From Cycas panzhihuaensis (Eukaryota > Plantae > Cycadophyta), in assembly GCA_023213395.1 (NCBI GenBank), contig CM041465.1:131881741-131945740 (forward strand): a stretch of DNA of 64,000 nucleotides, read 5' to 3'. The position numbers and the translations under genes were made by a program. Positions 48,000 through 59,429 of the stretch are shown here, piece after piece. Within the stretch, counting starts at the first letter, position 1, and each line of letters starts with the position of its first letter. A model generated the notes under the pieces. The model saw only the letters and a program-made list of their open reading frames with translations. It was not told the origin of the DNA and did no database searches.

Positions 48000-50900
48000 C
48001 ACCTACTTCAATTCATCATCTTTGACCATTTGGTCATATTTAGTAGTAACGATCCATTCTTTTAGTAGATTTTCCTTCTATTATTAGTTCAAATTCTTTC
48101 TACCATACTCTAAGTTATTAACAATATTGTAAAACAAATATTTTACTCCCTTTTCATTATTCTATTGTCATAACAATATATTTTTAATAACTTCTCAGTT
48201 TGATAGTTCTTTCTAACTTGGTTCAATACATTCTTTAATTCTTAACATTGGATATTAGTCTTAACAAGCTCTTACTCTAGTCCCATCTTAGAGATTTCTA
48301 CTGGTGGATCTTTTCAATGCCAGTTTTCTCCTTAGTAGTAGATGCCTTTTTCCTATTATTGTTATTATAACTTTGTTTGTCATCTTTCTCTAAATTATTT
48401 AATGATCCCATCTCTTCACAACATTTTTGAGTTAGTTTAGATTATCTTAGGTTTAACATAGTTATTAATTTTATCATGCTTATCATAACATATATTGATT
48501 GTGTTCCTAATTCGTCTATAGTAGTAGACTTTATTATTATTGTCTTTCTTTCTAGCACATTCTTGATTCAATTCTATTTATAGTCTAGTATTGTACCCTA
48601 TTAAATTATATTCTATTACTCTATCTTTATGAATACCTTTTAGTTTACCACCTTTATTAGTAATACTATGATTTTTGGAGCAAATAGTCTTTCAGTTCAT
48701 AATTGATAATGATAGTTATGAGCAAACTCATCTATTTTTTACTCTAATTTCTAGTTCATTCAATAATTACAAATTTCCTCAACTTCAACTTCATATACTC
48801 CTTTGAGTTCCTAGTTATGACTTTTATCACCACTTCACTAGTGCTTTGGTGCCTTTTTCTAATGCCATGTCTTCTCCATAGATTTTTATTTATCGATGTA
48901 CTCTTGGAAGCAAACTTTCTACTTCATGCCAATTCAACAACATAACTTTTATAGCTTAGCACTGGTATGATCTATTTCCTTCAATAACCTACTTAGATTA
49001 CTTATGCATATTGCTAATGTTAGTTGATTTAATGGTTGGCATTTACTAGCAATTCATTTTTAGAGTTGTAGTTGTTAGCACTATTGATGTTTCTACAACT
49101 CTCTAAATCTCACCCTTGATAAATCTACTTTAGCATTTAATTGATGGTTTATGATGATTAGATTTGTAGTTTTGATATTAGTTTCCAACATTTAACATAT
49201 TTTTAGATAATTTATAACCTATAAGATCTGCTCGTTTAGCTTTAGGTCCTAACTTCTATAGTTTGGTTATTTCTTCTTAACGGTTTTCTTCTAATTCTTC
49301 ATTAGTTATAAACTATTTAAGAGATGATTATTGGTTAGTTTGAATAGTAAACTAATGTGTAGCTACTTGGTTTTTATGACACCTTCTTGTTCCATTATGA
49401 GGCCTTCAATTCTCTTTGGTTTTAGAATTTCAACTATAAATCTTTTCAAGAGGTGTCCTTTTAAATTCAATTTACTATATACTTTTGACATTGTCACATT
49501 TAGTAAATGCTCTTAGATAATGATTTGAGCCTAGAAGTACCCTATTCCAAATATTTAGCAACTTGTTGTTTGTCACCATTCACTCTTATTTTAGATATTT
49601 CTAATGATGGAGATGTCAATACAATATTATCTTCATCACTTCAAATATCTCTAGCATCTTCCTCCTTAGAGTTATTATTCCAAATTTTTAGGGCTTTAGA
49701 TATCAACTTTACAACTTTTTAAATTCTACATTAGACAAATTTAGCCTTGACAAATTTTGATGCCTAGAGGGTATTATGTTGATGTAAATGAGAGTGTTGT
49801 TATTTTTAGGAGATTCATACACCTCCTATAGTCTAGTCTTTACTTATACTATTCATGTAAAATCATTTATGGGTACTATTTTAAACTTATTATGAAATAA
49901 TTTATTATTAATAATTGGTTAGGTTTCATTTGTTTGGTTATTTTCTCAGTAGATAAATGAACACACCAAATTAAACTATATGTAAATTTCATTATTATAA
50001 TTGAAGACGTCTTTGATTGGTGCATGGTCCTATACCTTCCTCTAATTTATCCATTAATTTTTCTTTCTAATTTTGTGAACACGCATTCATTTTTATTCTT
50101 CTATGAACCATTTGAATCTAAAGTTGTTTCTTAGAATTGTGTAGCTCTCTAAATTAAATTAGCCTTTATCTTAGAAAAACAACAAAAAAACATTTATTTT
50201 GAGTCTTTTAAAATGAGGCTACTAGAGTTAAAATATATTATGCAAAACTCATCACTTTTCTTTGGTAGTGGTTTCTTAAACAGACTTTGCCTTGTTATTA
50301 TTATAACACATGGGACTAGAGCTTCTTCCATGCATTGCTCAAGATCAAATTGTGGAACATGCTATGAGTAAGTGTGATTCAATTAATTTTGAGTCATTAG
50401 CAATAGATTTGTGAAATCTTAAACATAAGTCAATATCATTACATTGGCATCTTAGATTGGACTGTATCAATAGTGTTATGAATATAGATACCATCTTGTT
50501 TTAGAGTATGTTTAGTTTGTTCTTAATTTGCTCATCATTTACGAAGGTATTTAATAACTATTAATAGCTAAATCTTTTGTTGCACTACCTTCATCTAGTT
50601 TTATTTTACTCTAATGTTTTAAGTGAAGAACATGTGTAGGTTATGTAGTGATATTCTCACTAATTCATATTGTATTATCCTTTTAAGAGCTCCTAGAGTT
50701 ATAATCAACACCAGCACAATCTAACATCTAACCTCAAGGTATACATGAATACTTTTTCCTTGAGTTATAAGGTCTTTGATTGATAAAATTTTTCCTAAAT
50801 TTAATACCTACTCATAATTTAATTACATGACCACTTATAGTTACAACATTTAGAGATGGATACAAGTAATTAAATCATTTATTAAGAATGAGTCCAGATT

Positions 50901-51400
50901 TAATAGTGCAATTTAAAAATATAATTTAAATATAATCCAAGAGCCACCCACGATCCTTCCTCTATCATTAAAAACATCTTTAACATCACCATTATCAAAG
51001 GAATCTTCCTTCACCTCAACTTCAATGTGTTTAAGCATTTAATAAGAGAACATCCCAATAAGAGGACTCACAATAACATTAACCAATGTCCTAATGGAGC
51101 TCAATACTAGAACTTTCTATATAATCTTTAGTAGTTTATTTATTTGATCTTTCAAATTGACTTTATGTGTGGTCCATAAGTCAACAACTAAATCTACCAA
51201 GCCCCTATTTACTAATTTATCCATATTTATGACTAATACATTTGGACTTTAGACCAACACATCCTCTAGTTTCTAACATGTATTAAACAAAACCTAAATC
51301 AATAAGAAAATAAGTAAAGTAATACTCTCAATGGCATCCAACTAATTGTTAGCCACTAATAGAAGATGTAAAAAATGACCCTTAGGTACCATAATTAGAG
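48000..51400 (-). mobile_element. Very decayed retroelement coding remnant (gag-like)
   Basis: Strand-biased, coding-like composition with only weak gag-like strings such as 'KMVSIFI..L...F...I.....IESHL' near 50350-50480. Boundaries approximate. Confidence 0.3.
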
Positions 51401-52059
51401 ATAGCATGTATGACCACATAACATCTTCAACACTTATTGTTAACTATTCAAAAAGGAAATGGCAATTATTTTGCCTTCCTAAAAAAGTAGTGTGTGATAA
51501 TAAACAATAAACACCTAAGTTATATAACAACTTTAGCCTTCGATTGTTACTCATATTTAATCAAAATTTCTTTATGTAAATTGTATAATAGGACGACTGC
51601 TTAAATGGAAACCTTTCAAATTTTATAGATGGCATTCTAAATCATATGTGATAATAAATAAATAAAAATTTAAAAGTTATTCCAAAATCATCTACTTTAG
51701 GATATAAATCTAGATTTTATTAAGATTTGGCATGTATATTTGATATTTCATATTGAGTGTCTGACCATTAAATGTTCAAAATATTTTATTTTTTAATATA
51801 AAATCATGATGAGTAAGTAAGCATAATTGGCAAGTTGGTGTTAGGTAGGCCATTTATTGATTGCAGGTCATTAACTTGAATCTCCTCAACTCCACATTTT
51901 AAAATACACATGCACACACTTGTTTTATATAACTTTCTTTTATTTGTCCTTTATTTTATGCCTAATATTAATTTTAGACTTATATTATTTCTTTATTCAA
52001 ATCAAGATGTTTTCTTATTTCTCACCTCATTAAATTTTAATTAATATTTAATTAGTAGA

Positions 52060-52498
52060 TGCAGGAAATAATATTCAAGGAGAACAGGGTAGAACATAGA
52101 ATAAACTTTAATAGATCAATACATCAATACAAATCTTCAATATATCAATGTTGCAATGTAGCATAAACCATGAAAGCATTGTATTCAAGCCATTGTGAAA
52201 AGTGAACATTACAAATTTCCTAAATGAGGGTGGTGTCTAAAGATACCAGGGTTACACACCCCTCAATATTTATAATTTTAGAGGAGGAGGGAAACTCCTC
52301 AACCCTTGAAATTCAAATTAACAATAAAATAATGCTAACTTAACTCAAATAAAATTAACTCAAGTTAACTTAAATCAAATTAAATCTTACCTTAACTTAC
52401 CTACACATGTTGAGCACCCACATGTGTAAAATGAGGTTGATGAGGTGTACAATCCTGGTTAGAAGGTGGGAGTGGAGTGATGACGATTAACTCCAGCA
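52060..52498 (-). repeat. 3' LTR
   Basis: Ungapped alignment to 58268-58706, about 40 mismatches in 439 bp by manual count. Confidence 0.96.
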
Positions 52499-52955
52499 TT
52501 CTCTCCCTTAATAGTCATCATGAACACTTGTGTCTTCTCCTTGAATTTATGGAACTTGTATTTGAAAAAAAAATTAAAATTTTAATCTTGATCTTTATCA
52601 ACTCTTCTCATCCTTATAACTACATATGTCTCTTTACCATGGAATGATGTAAAAAAATTATAAGTAAATGATGCTTGAATTATACAAAAAAAAAAGCTAT
52701 AACTTTGAATTTAACTTCTAAAAATTTAACTTTAACTGTCATATCATTAGGTCTATTTTCTGTCATATCATAAGATTCATTCTCCATCATGTCATAAGAT
52801 TCATTCTCCCACTTAAATAGAGGATCAGGTACTTGTGTAGCAAGTTGGTCCTATATTTGATCTGAATCTTCATGGGTGTTGTCATTATAATTCACCTATT
52901 CTTTTACTTATCTCACATGCTCATCAAAAATATCATCAAATATATGGAGGGTATC

Positions 52956-53210
52956 TCACTCATAAGTGGAAATTGATACATCCCAAATAGATTTAAAAGT
53001 AGTTAATTCATAAACCTTTGAAAAAACATCATCATTCATAGTGCAAAATAATAATCCTAAAACTTCATTATCTTTTCTAAAATTTTCTTTAATACTGAGA
53101 TCATAGTTATCTTGTAAATATTTCAAAAGATCATGTGAAATAAAATAGTTTTTCATAATCGTATGCCATTTTAAAAAATTTTGCCCATCGAATAAAGGAA
53201 ATTGTACCAT
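52956..53210 (-). pseudogene. Copia gag N-terminal remnant (DUF4219/UBN2-like)
   Basis: 'PLFDGQNFLKW...MKNYFISHDL', 'KDNEVLGLL...M.DDVF.KV....T.KSIWD'. Confidence 0.85.
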
Positions 53211-53895
53211 TTTATCAAAAAACTTTAGTATATAAAAGTATATGCTTTTACCAAATCAAAAAATTAAAAAATCAATGAATATATGTGATTTTAAATAAAC
53301 TTTTTTGAAGTAGATGTAATGCTCTTTAAAAAGTTAATCAACTAGGTACAGTAAGGAAATGATAGATATATAAGCAAATTTGTATGTAATAAAGATCCTG
53401 TTAGCAATACAAATCTGAAATGTAACTTTGATGACAAAAAGAATAATCCTTAACCTTTTGATTTTCTTCAAATGAATAAATGTAAATTCTCAATGCAATA
53501 AATCTTTAGCCTTGATGATAATATATAATGTTGAAAAAACTGAAATATATATATATTTTACTTTAAAAAATAAGGAGTATGAAGAAACTTTTTAAAAGAA
53601 GATTTATAGGACAACCTCAAGTTTGGCTGCTTCAAAAGTATACTAAACAATATTAGAATAATATGAAACTTCACCAGTATGAAGATTAATAAAATATGAA
53701 TCCAATGGAACTGACTGTTTTAAAAATGGGTTCTTATAAGTAAAGTTTGAATGATTCAAATGTACAGACCTCCTTTTAAGGCCTAATAGGGAACTCAAAA
53801 TATATAAAAATGCTAATAAAAGATTTGTAAAATGATGTAAAAAGATCAAATATATCTTAGAGTACTGCTTAATATGTTTTCAATTGAAATTTTTT

Positions 53896-53898
<3 letters not shown>

Positions 53899-53985
<87 letters not shown>
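53899..53985. repeat. (AT)n microsatellite
   Basis: Directly visible. Confidence 0.98.
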
Positions 53986-53987
<2 letters not shown>

Positions 53988-54649
53988 TACCTCAACTTTG
54001 ATCGATCTGAAAACTAGGAAAAACATGTTAAAACATATAAAAAACTATGTTAGATTGAAGAGAATTGAGTTAGCTTCCCAACAAAACTAACGAGACTGAA
54101 TTCTGATACAAAACAGAGAAGTTATAGTAGAAATGGCAACAGGTACCTTTATGGTAAAATGTTAAGAAAAATACTAAAAAACACTAAAATGCCACTTTCA
54201 ATGATTAAAATAATGATCAAAATAAATTTTAATAATAAAATAAAAGATGGGTAATGAATTTTATTGAACGTAGATCACTGTAAAATAAATTTGGGTAGAA
54301 AATAGTTTCCTAGTAATAAAATATAATCAATTCAAAAAGTGATTTTGTAAAAAGTTTAAAAAATGCTCAAAAAATGACTGATTGACTTTAAATCAACTGA
54401 ACGGGGTCAAATCAGCACCAAATTGGTCATATGACCAATCAAAATTGATCTACGAAAAATTTTTGATGCAATAAAACTAGTTTCGTCAAAAATTGATAAC
54501 CCAATGAGGAGTTATGGTAAAAAGCCAGTAACCTTATGTAAAAATAAAATATTTAAAAAAATAAAAAGGAAAAATATTAAAAACTTAATTACCCCTTGCT
54601 AACAGTCATATGGAGATAAAATAGGACCAGGGGCTGAGATCTTAGGGGG

Positions 54650-55410
54650 TTAGGGTTTAGAAACCCTAGAATTTAAAAAGATATACAATAAACTTTAATT
54701 TCTTAAAAACGTTATTAAAAAGATAAAAAATAAAAATAAAGAAATTTAAATGAGCCGTCACCGCCGTGCTCGTTGTGCCACTGTTGTTGTTGCAGCACCG
54801 CGTTGTTCCGCCACTCACACAGCTCTATTCAGATTATGAGAATGAGCTGCAAATGCTGCCTTCTCTAGAACAATCGAATCGTCTTCAGAAAAATGCAATC
54901 ACGGAAATGGAAGAGCCAAGACAAATGTGATGATCGCCAACGATAACAGCCTGCCCAGAATTAGGTTTCAATAAATCTCTATTACAGCTGCGAATCATAC
55001 GGATCATCTTCTATTAGAGCTTTGCCTCCTCCTTAGCCGGTTTTGATTTGCCTTCTACAGAGATGCAAAAAAAAGGAAGGTTCCTACACTCCATTGATGC
55101 AGGGCGGACTCCATATTTTCACAGTGAACGATCTAGCCAAGGCGTGCTTGATTTCTATTATTAGAATCCCTTCTTCCTATGCTGGCGGATACTAGGTTGA
55201 ACAATGATAAGCCTGAATGGTAATACAAATGTAGATGGTACTGTTGTTATCCAGATTTAAGCAGTTCTGCCAAGGGAAAAACCACAGATTGCGGTGTTTA
55301 GAAGATAACGGGCGACCTATAGGGTGCTGGTATGGTGAGAACAGGAATGTTATTCGATAGTTCTTCGCCTGATCAATAGAATAAAGACCCTCCAAAGGTG
55401 TCGACGGAGT
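54650..55410 (+). promoter_or_regulatory. CpG-retaining island with paired telo-boxes; candidate promoter/first exon of a non-coding chimeric transcript
   Basis: About 26 CpG in 54750-55410 versus 1 per 439-bp LTR. TAGGGTTT/AAACCCTA at 54651-54668. Candidate GTAAG...TGCAG intron at 55409-55473. Function is inferred. Confidence 0.4.
55040..55143 (+). pseudogene. Possible receptor-like kinase juxtamembrane fragment
   Basis: 'LICLLQRCKKKEGSYTPLMQGGLHIFTVNDLAKA' resembles TM end, basic stop-transfer and 'FT..DL.KAT'. Confidence 0.4.
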
Positions 55411-55682
55411 AAGGGTTTGCTCTCAATCTTGAATTTTATATTTGAATACTCTATGTTTCTTGTTGACATGCAGAAAATGATATTTTTAAAAGGATATTTA
55501 TTATAGAAGCTTAGATTCTAGCACTGATATTGATACAAGGTTGTATTCTTTAGAAGATGTGAGGGACGAGGTGCAAATAAGTTGTCTGTTGTGCCTCTCA
55601 CAACCTCTACTGGAGTAATAGGCAAGTAAGAGAATACTGCTCAAGTAGCAGGATCTGAGAATAATATTGGAGTTATAAAAAA

Positions 55683-55790
55683 GAATGTCAAAATCGTGTG
55701 TTGCAGAAGGGACTGTGAGTTAAACCTGAAGTGTATAAAACAAAGCACAAGGGTTGGGCAGTCAAAGTAGTACAAGCAATACCCTGTGGC
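55683..55790 (+). pseudogene. Fragment of SUVR5-like histone H3K9 methyltransferase (pre-SET/SET junction)
   Basis: 'ECQNRVLQKGL*VKPEVYKTKHKGWAVKVVQAIPCG' matches the family pattern 'C.NRVLQ.G.RVKLEVFKT..KGWAVRA.E.I..G'. The stop is consistent with CGA>TGA. Confidence 0.85.
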
Positions 55791-55896
55791 TGGATAAACC
55801 GGTTGAGGATTGTCTCAGAGCTGAAAAATATGTAACAAGTATAGTCATTCAATGATTTGGTTACACATTTCCGAGAAACCAAGTTTTCAATAGACT

Positions 55897-55897
<1 letters not shown>

Positions 55898-55938
<41 letters not shown>
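55898..55938 (-). other. 41-nt poly(T) (poly(A) on - strand) with AATAAA ~30 nt upstream on - strand
   Basis: T run 55898-55938; TTTATT at 55968-55973. Confidence 0.6.
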
Positions 55939-55942
<4 letters not shown>

Positions 55943-56208
55943 AGAGTATATTAATATATGCTTCAACTTTATTCAATTTTTGAATAAATATTTAGACGAG
56001 TAGGCTGTGCCTGAACTATGAACTGTTAATTTTCAGTTCTGCAAATAGAGGATACAGTCAAGTCAGCTTAATGTCTGGACTTAATTCATTAGATATTCCT
56101 GTATCAGGCCCTTTAATCTTTACATGGGCTAGTTTCACTTGTCTTCTCTCTAATGGAGATTGATCATTTGGTTTACATCCATCAAGTATATGAAAGTAGA
56201 GTACCTAA

Positions 56209-56301
56209 AGTGATGTGTTAACAATAAAGATATTGAATGCAAACGAGTGTAGAGAGTTGAAAATGGGATCATATGTGGGAGAAGTAGTAATCAGCGCCAA
56301 G
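56209..56301 (+). pseudogene. Fragment of leucine aminopeptidase (M17 family)
   Basis: 'SDVLTIKILNANECRELKMGSYVGEVVISAK' matches plant LAP 'SDV..A.IL..EQCKELKMGSYL.VAAASAN'. Confidence 0.85.
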
Positions 56302-56317
56302 CTATGATGAGCCTCTA

Positions 56318-56454
56318 GTAGACTTTGGCTTTACAAGACTTTTCTTGAAGATGAAACCCTTATCGACATAAGAGTTATAGGTACATGCGGTTATATGGCT
56401 TCAGAGTATGCGATGGGAGGGCACCTCTTTGTAAAAGCTGATGTTTATAATTTT
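56318..56454 (+). pseudogene. Fragment of CRK/LRR-VIII-like receptor kinase (subdomains VII-IX)
   Basis: 'VDFGFTRLF', 1-nt frameshift, then 'EDETLIDIRVIGTCGYMASEYAMGGHLFVKADVYNF'. Compare 'ADFGLARLFPEDETH..TRVAGT.GYMAPEYA..G.LS.KADVYSF'. Confidence 0.92.
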
Positions 56455-56715
56455 TGCACTCCTTTTTCAGACACAAATAAAAATGCTTATGTGCATTTGT
56501 GAGTAATGAAGGGGTACTAGTAGCAAAAGATCCCAGGTTTTGGAACCTGCTTTATAGATAGTAGAGGTTCTCATACAAAAGCTTCCTAATATCTTTTCAA
56601 AAAACGGGCTACAACTAAGGAAAATCTTGTATTTCGTTGGTATTATTTTATGAAAGAGTATTTATATTTTTTAAAAACATACAAAAAAATGTCTAATATT
56701 TCAAATATATTTTTG

Positions 56716-56787
56716 GAAGCAAAGGGCAATGTGAAGTTTTTAAGAACTCTTGAGCACTATTTGAAGATAATTTCTAGTGGACCTTTG
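56716..56787 (+). pseudogene. Fragment resembling axonemal inner-arm dynein heavy chain tail (DHC_N1, DNAH10/1-alpha type)
   Basis: 'EAKGNVKFLRTLEHYLKIISSGPL' resembles the conserved 'EAKDNVKFL.TLERHFK.I..G'. Only 24 aa and no clear splice sites. Confidence 0.68.
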
Positions 56788-57234
56788 CTAAGGGCTCCTA
56801 AAAATAGTACACAAATATTTTCTATTTGCAATTTGGATTGTTTATGGACTTTTTTGAAATTAATCACAAATATAAAATAGAAAATGCTTGGAGACTACTT
56901 TCAGCCCAAAAATCAAGTGCAATATGAGAACAAGCTTCGAATGCTACAAAGTTTTAAGTTCTAAGAGAGCAGATCAAAGTATATTGACAAAAAATATATC
57001 AAAAAAATGTCTATAACTTTGTATTTGAAAAAACTTTCAAATATGTTGTAGATATATCAGAAATATGTGTTTGAATATGGAAAAAATAAGTAGGAAGAAT
57101 GTGGAACACGCAACTATAGTAGATATGTAGCTGAAAATAGGCTTCAAAAGCTTCCAATAGACATATCTTCTTCCTCACAAGTGGAATATAGGCAGATTTG
57201 CTATAACAAATGGTTTAGTGGGCAGGATATGCAC

Positions 57235-58150
57235 CCAAAAGCTGCAGATCTATAAAAAAAACTTAAAAATATAGTAAAAAATATTTTAAAAAATATAAAT
57301 CTAACATAAAATATAGTAGATCTGAACTAAATATTACTGATCTACAACAAATATACCAAAAAATATTGAAATAATTGCCGAAATAAATATATCTAAACTA
57401 AACGTAGCAGAAAATGATGTAAAACTTGATAAAATAAGCAGATCTTAAGCTAAATATTGCAGATATGACGTAATTATAATATATCTTAAAAATATAAGGC
57501 AGATCTTGAAGAAATATAGCTCAAATCTAAAAAAAAACTTAAGTAAATATTGCATGTAGATGTAACCCTACGCAGATCTACAAAAATATAGGATAAATAC
57601 ACAGAAATCTTCTTGAAAAATATAAAATATTTGATAAAAATATATAGATCTAAAAAAATATATTACAAATATGAAGAAAACTTATATAAATCTTGCATGC
57701 AGTTGAAAATCCTTCACAAATCTTTAAAAAAATGTAGCTTGTAGCTGAAATCTACTGATCTCTTTCGTAGATCTAGAAATATAGACAAGAATCTGCCAAA
57801 AAATGGCGAAATATATGATAAAAAATATAGATCTAAAGAAATATAGCTCAAATCTAAGAAAAAAACTTAGATAAATGTGGTTTGCTGCTGAAATTCTTCA
57901 CAAATCTACACAAATATTAGATAAATAGGCAGAAATATTCTTGAAAATAGTCAAATATGTGATAAGATGTGCAGATCTAAACAAATATAACTCAGATCTG
58001 AAAAAAACCTTTGAAAAAATGTAGTGTGTAGTTGAAATCCTCCATAAACTTGCACAAATCTTTGAAAAATCTGAAATATCTTTGTTATTTTTCAAATATA
58101 ACTGAATAATAAGTAAATCTTGATGAAAAAATATATGAAACTGCTAGAAA
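57235..58150. repeat. Degenerate minisatellite-like array with (GC)AGATCT/AAATCT cores, ~20-22 bp spacing
   Basis: Recurring units such as GCAGATCTTAAGCTAAATATT, GTAGATCTGAACTAAATATT and GCAGATCTAAACAAATATAA in the element's 5' leader. Confidence 0.7.
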
Positions 58151-58267
58151 AAATGTGCAAAAAATAAGTATAACCAGTATTTACTTCTTTAAGTAAATTT
58201 GCCTCAAAATCTTCTTGCTTCTTTGAAAATTTTCAATAGGCCAGTAATCGACCGCTTTGATTCCAAA

Positions 58268-58706
58268 TGTAGGAAATAATATTTAAGGAGAATATGATAG
58301 AACATAGAATAAACTTCAATAGATTAATATATTAATACAAATCTTCAATACATCAATGTTATAATATAGCATAAACCATGAAAGCATTGTATTCAAGCCA
58401 TTGTGAGAAGTGAGCATTACAAATTTCCCAAATGATGGCAGTGTCTAAAGACACCAGGGTTGCACACCCCTCAATATTTATAATTTCGGGGGAGGAAGAA
58501 AACTTCTCAAAACCTGAAATTCAAATTAACAATAAAATAATACTAATTTAACTCAAATGAAACTAACTCAAGTTAACTTAAATCAAATCAAATCTTACCT
58601 TAACTTACCTACACATGTTGAGCACCTACATGTGTAAAATGAGGTTGATAAGGTGTACAATCCTGGTTGGAAGGTGGGAGTGGAGTGATGATGATTAACT
58701 CCAACA
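58268..58706 (-). repeat. 5' LTR
   Basis: Adjacent to the PBS and flanked by TSD GTAGA. Confidence 0.96.
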
Positions 58707-59429
58707 GTAGACACATGAAATTTCATGTTTAAAATGTGATGTTTCAAAAGGGAAAAGATTATCGATGCTTATTTTATGATGGATATCAACATTTTTTATT
58801 GATATGTGAAAAGGGCCTTTTAAATGATGATAACTTATGTTTTGTAATTCACATTTATGTCAATTTGAATGCATAATGATTTGATAAAAATATGTCATAA
58901 ATAAAAGTCTTTTTTTTTACATTTAATTGGTTAATATTTATTTAGAAACTTTCACGATTTAAAACTAAAGTTTAAAATAAGATTTCACTTTTTTTCCTAA
59001 TGCATCACACACACACAAAGGCTTTGAAACTCATATGTTTACCCAATCATCATTATGTAGGATTAATAATAGGTCTTTCTGGATTTTGCATATAGGCAAT
59101 TGGAGGTTTAAATAACATTATTTTGTATATAGAATAAGGTTAATTTTATTTTAAATATTTTATTATTTTTTTGAAATAAAAAGAACTAAGAGGGAACAGG
59201 TTTATTACATTGCCATTTAGTTGATTCTACCCACCTTTTAGAAAACCAAAGTTAGTTAGCAAATATGATTTTATTTAATTGAATTTCATATGGGTTAATT
59301 GGGGTTTAATCTATATTTCATCTTTATTTTAATTTAATACTAACTCCTATAAGGGTTAAGCATGCTTTGTTTACAAAAATTATAAGAATATATATACATA
59401 AAAAAGTTTTTTAAAAAATTAATATACAC

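Larger units (their letters stand above)
52060..58706 (-). mobile_element. Non-autonomous copia-derived LTR element carrying host-gene fragments
   Basis: Two 439-bp TG..CA LTRs (52060-52498, 58268-58706). TSD GTAGA at 52055-52059 and 58707-58711. PBS-like TGGAATCAAAGC (- strand, 58254-58265), PPT AAGGGAGAGAA (- strand, 52499-52509). Gag N-terminus only, no pol. Confidence 0.95.

Noticed and set aside
55000-55265. TAS3/miR390 target sites or a miR482-like precursor
   Set aside because: Only loose partial matches, no tasiARF sequence, and no clear hairpin by eye.
55553-55580. 'EDVRDEVQI' resembling CDPK 'EDVRREVQI'
   Set aside because: Nine residues with no continuing similarity; could be chance.
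56650-56880. 76-aa ORF as a real exon of a giant-intron dynein gene
   Set aside because: Only 24 aa look dynein-like, there are no convincing splice sites, it lies inside a TSD-bounded LTR element, and I saw no other dynein exons.
53610-56990. Pack-MULE or Helitron boundaries around the cargo
   Set aside because: Flanks look TIR-like, but I found no matching inverted pair, 9-bp TSD or CTAG-hairpin end. Left open rather than called.
57235-58150. CRISPR-like repeat-spacer array
   Set aside because: Cores are only 6-8 bp and degenerate, spacers are mutually similar, there are no cas genes, and the context is eukaryotic TE DNA.
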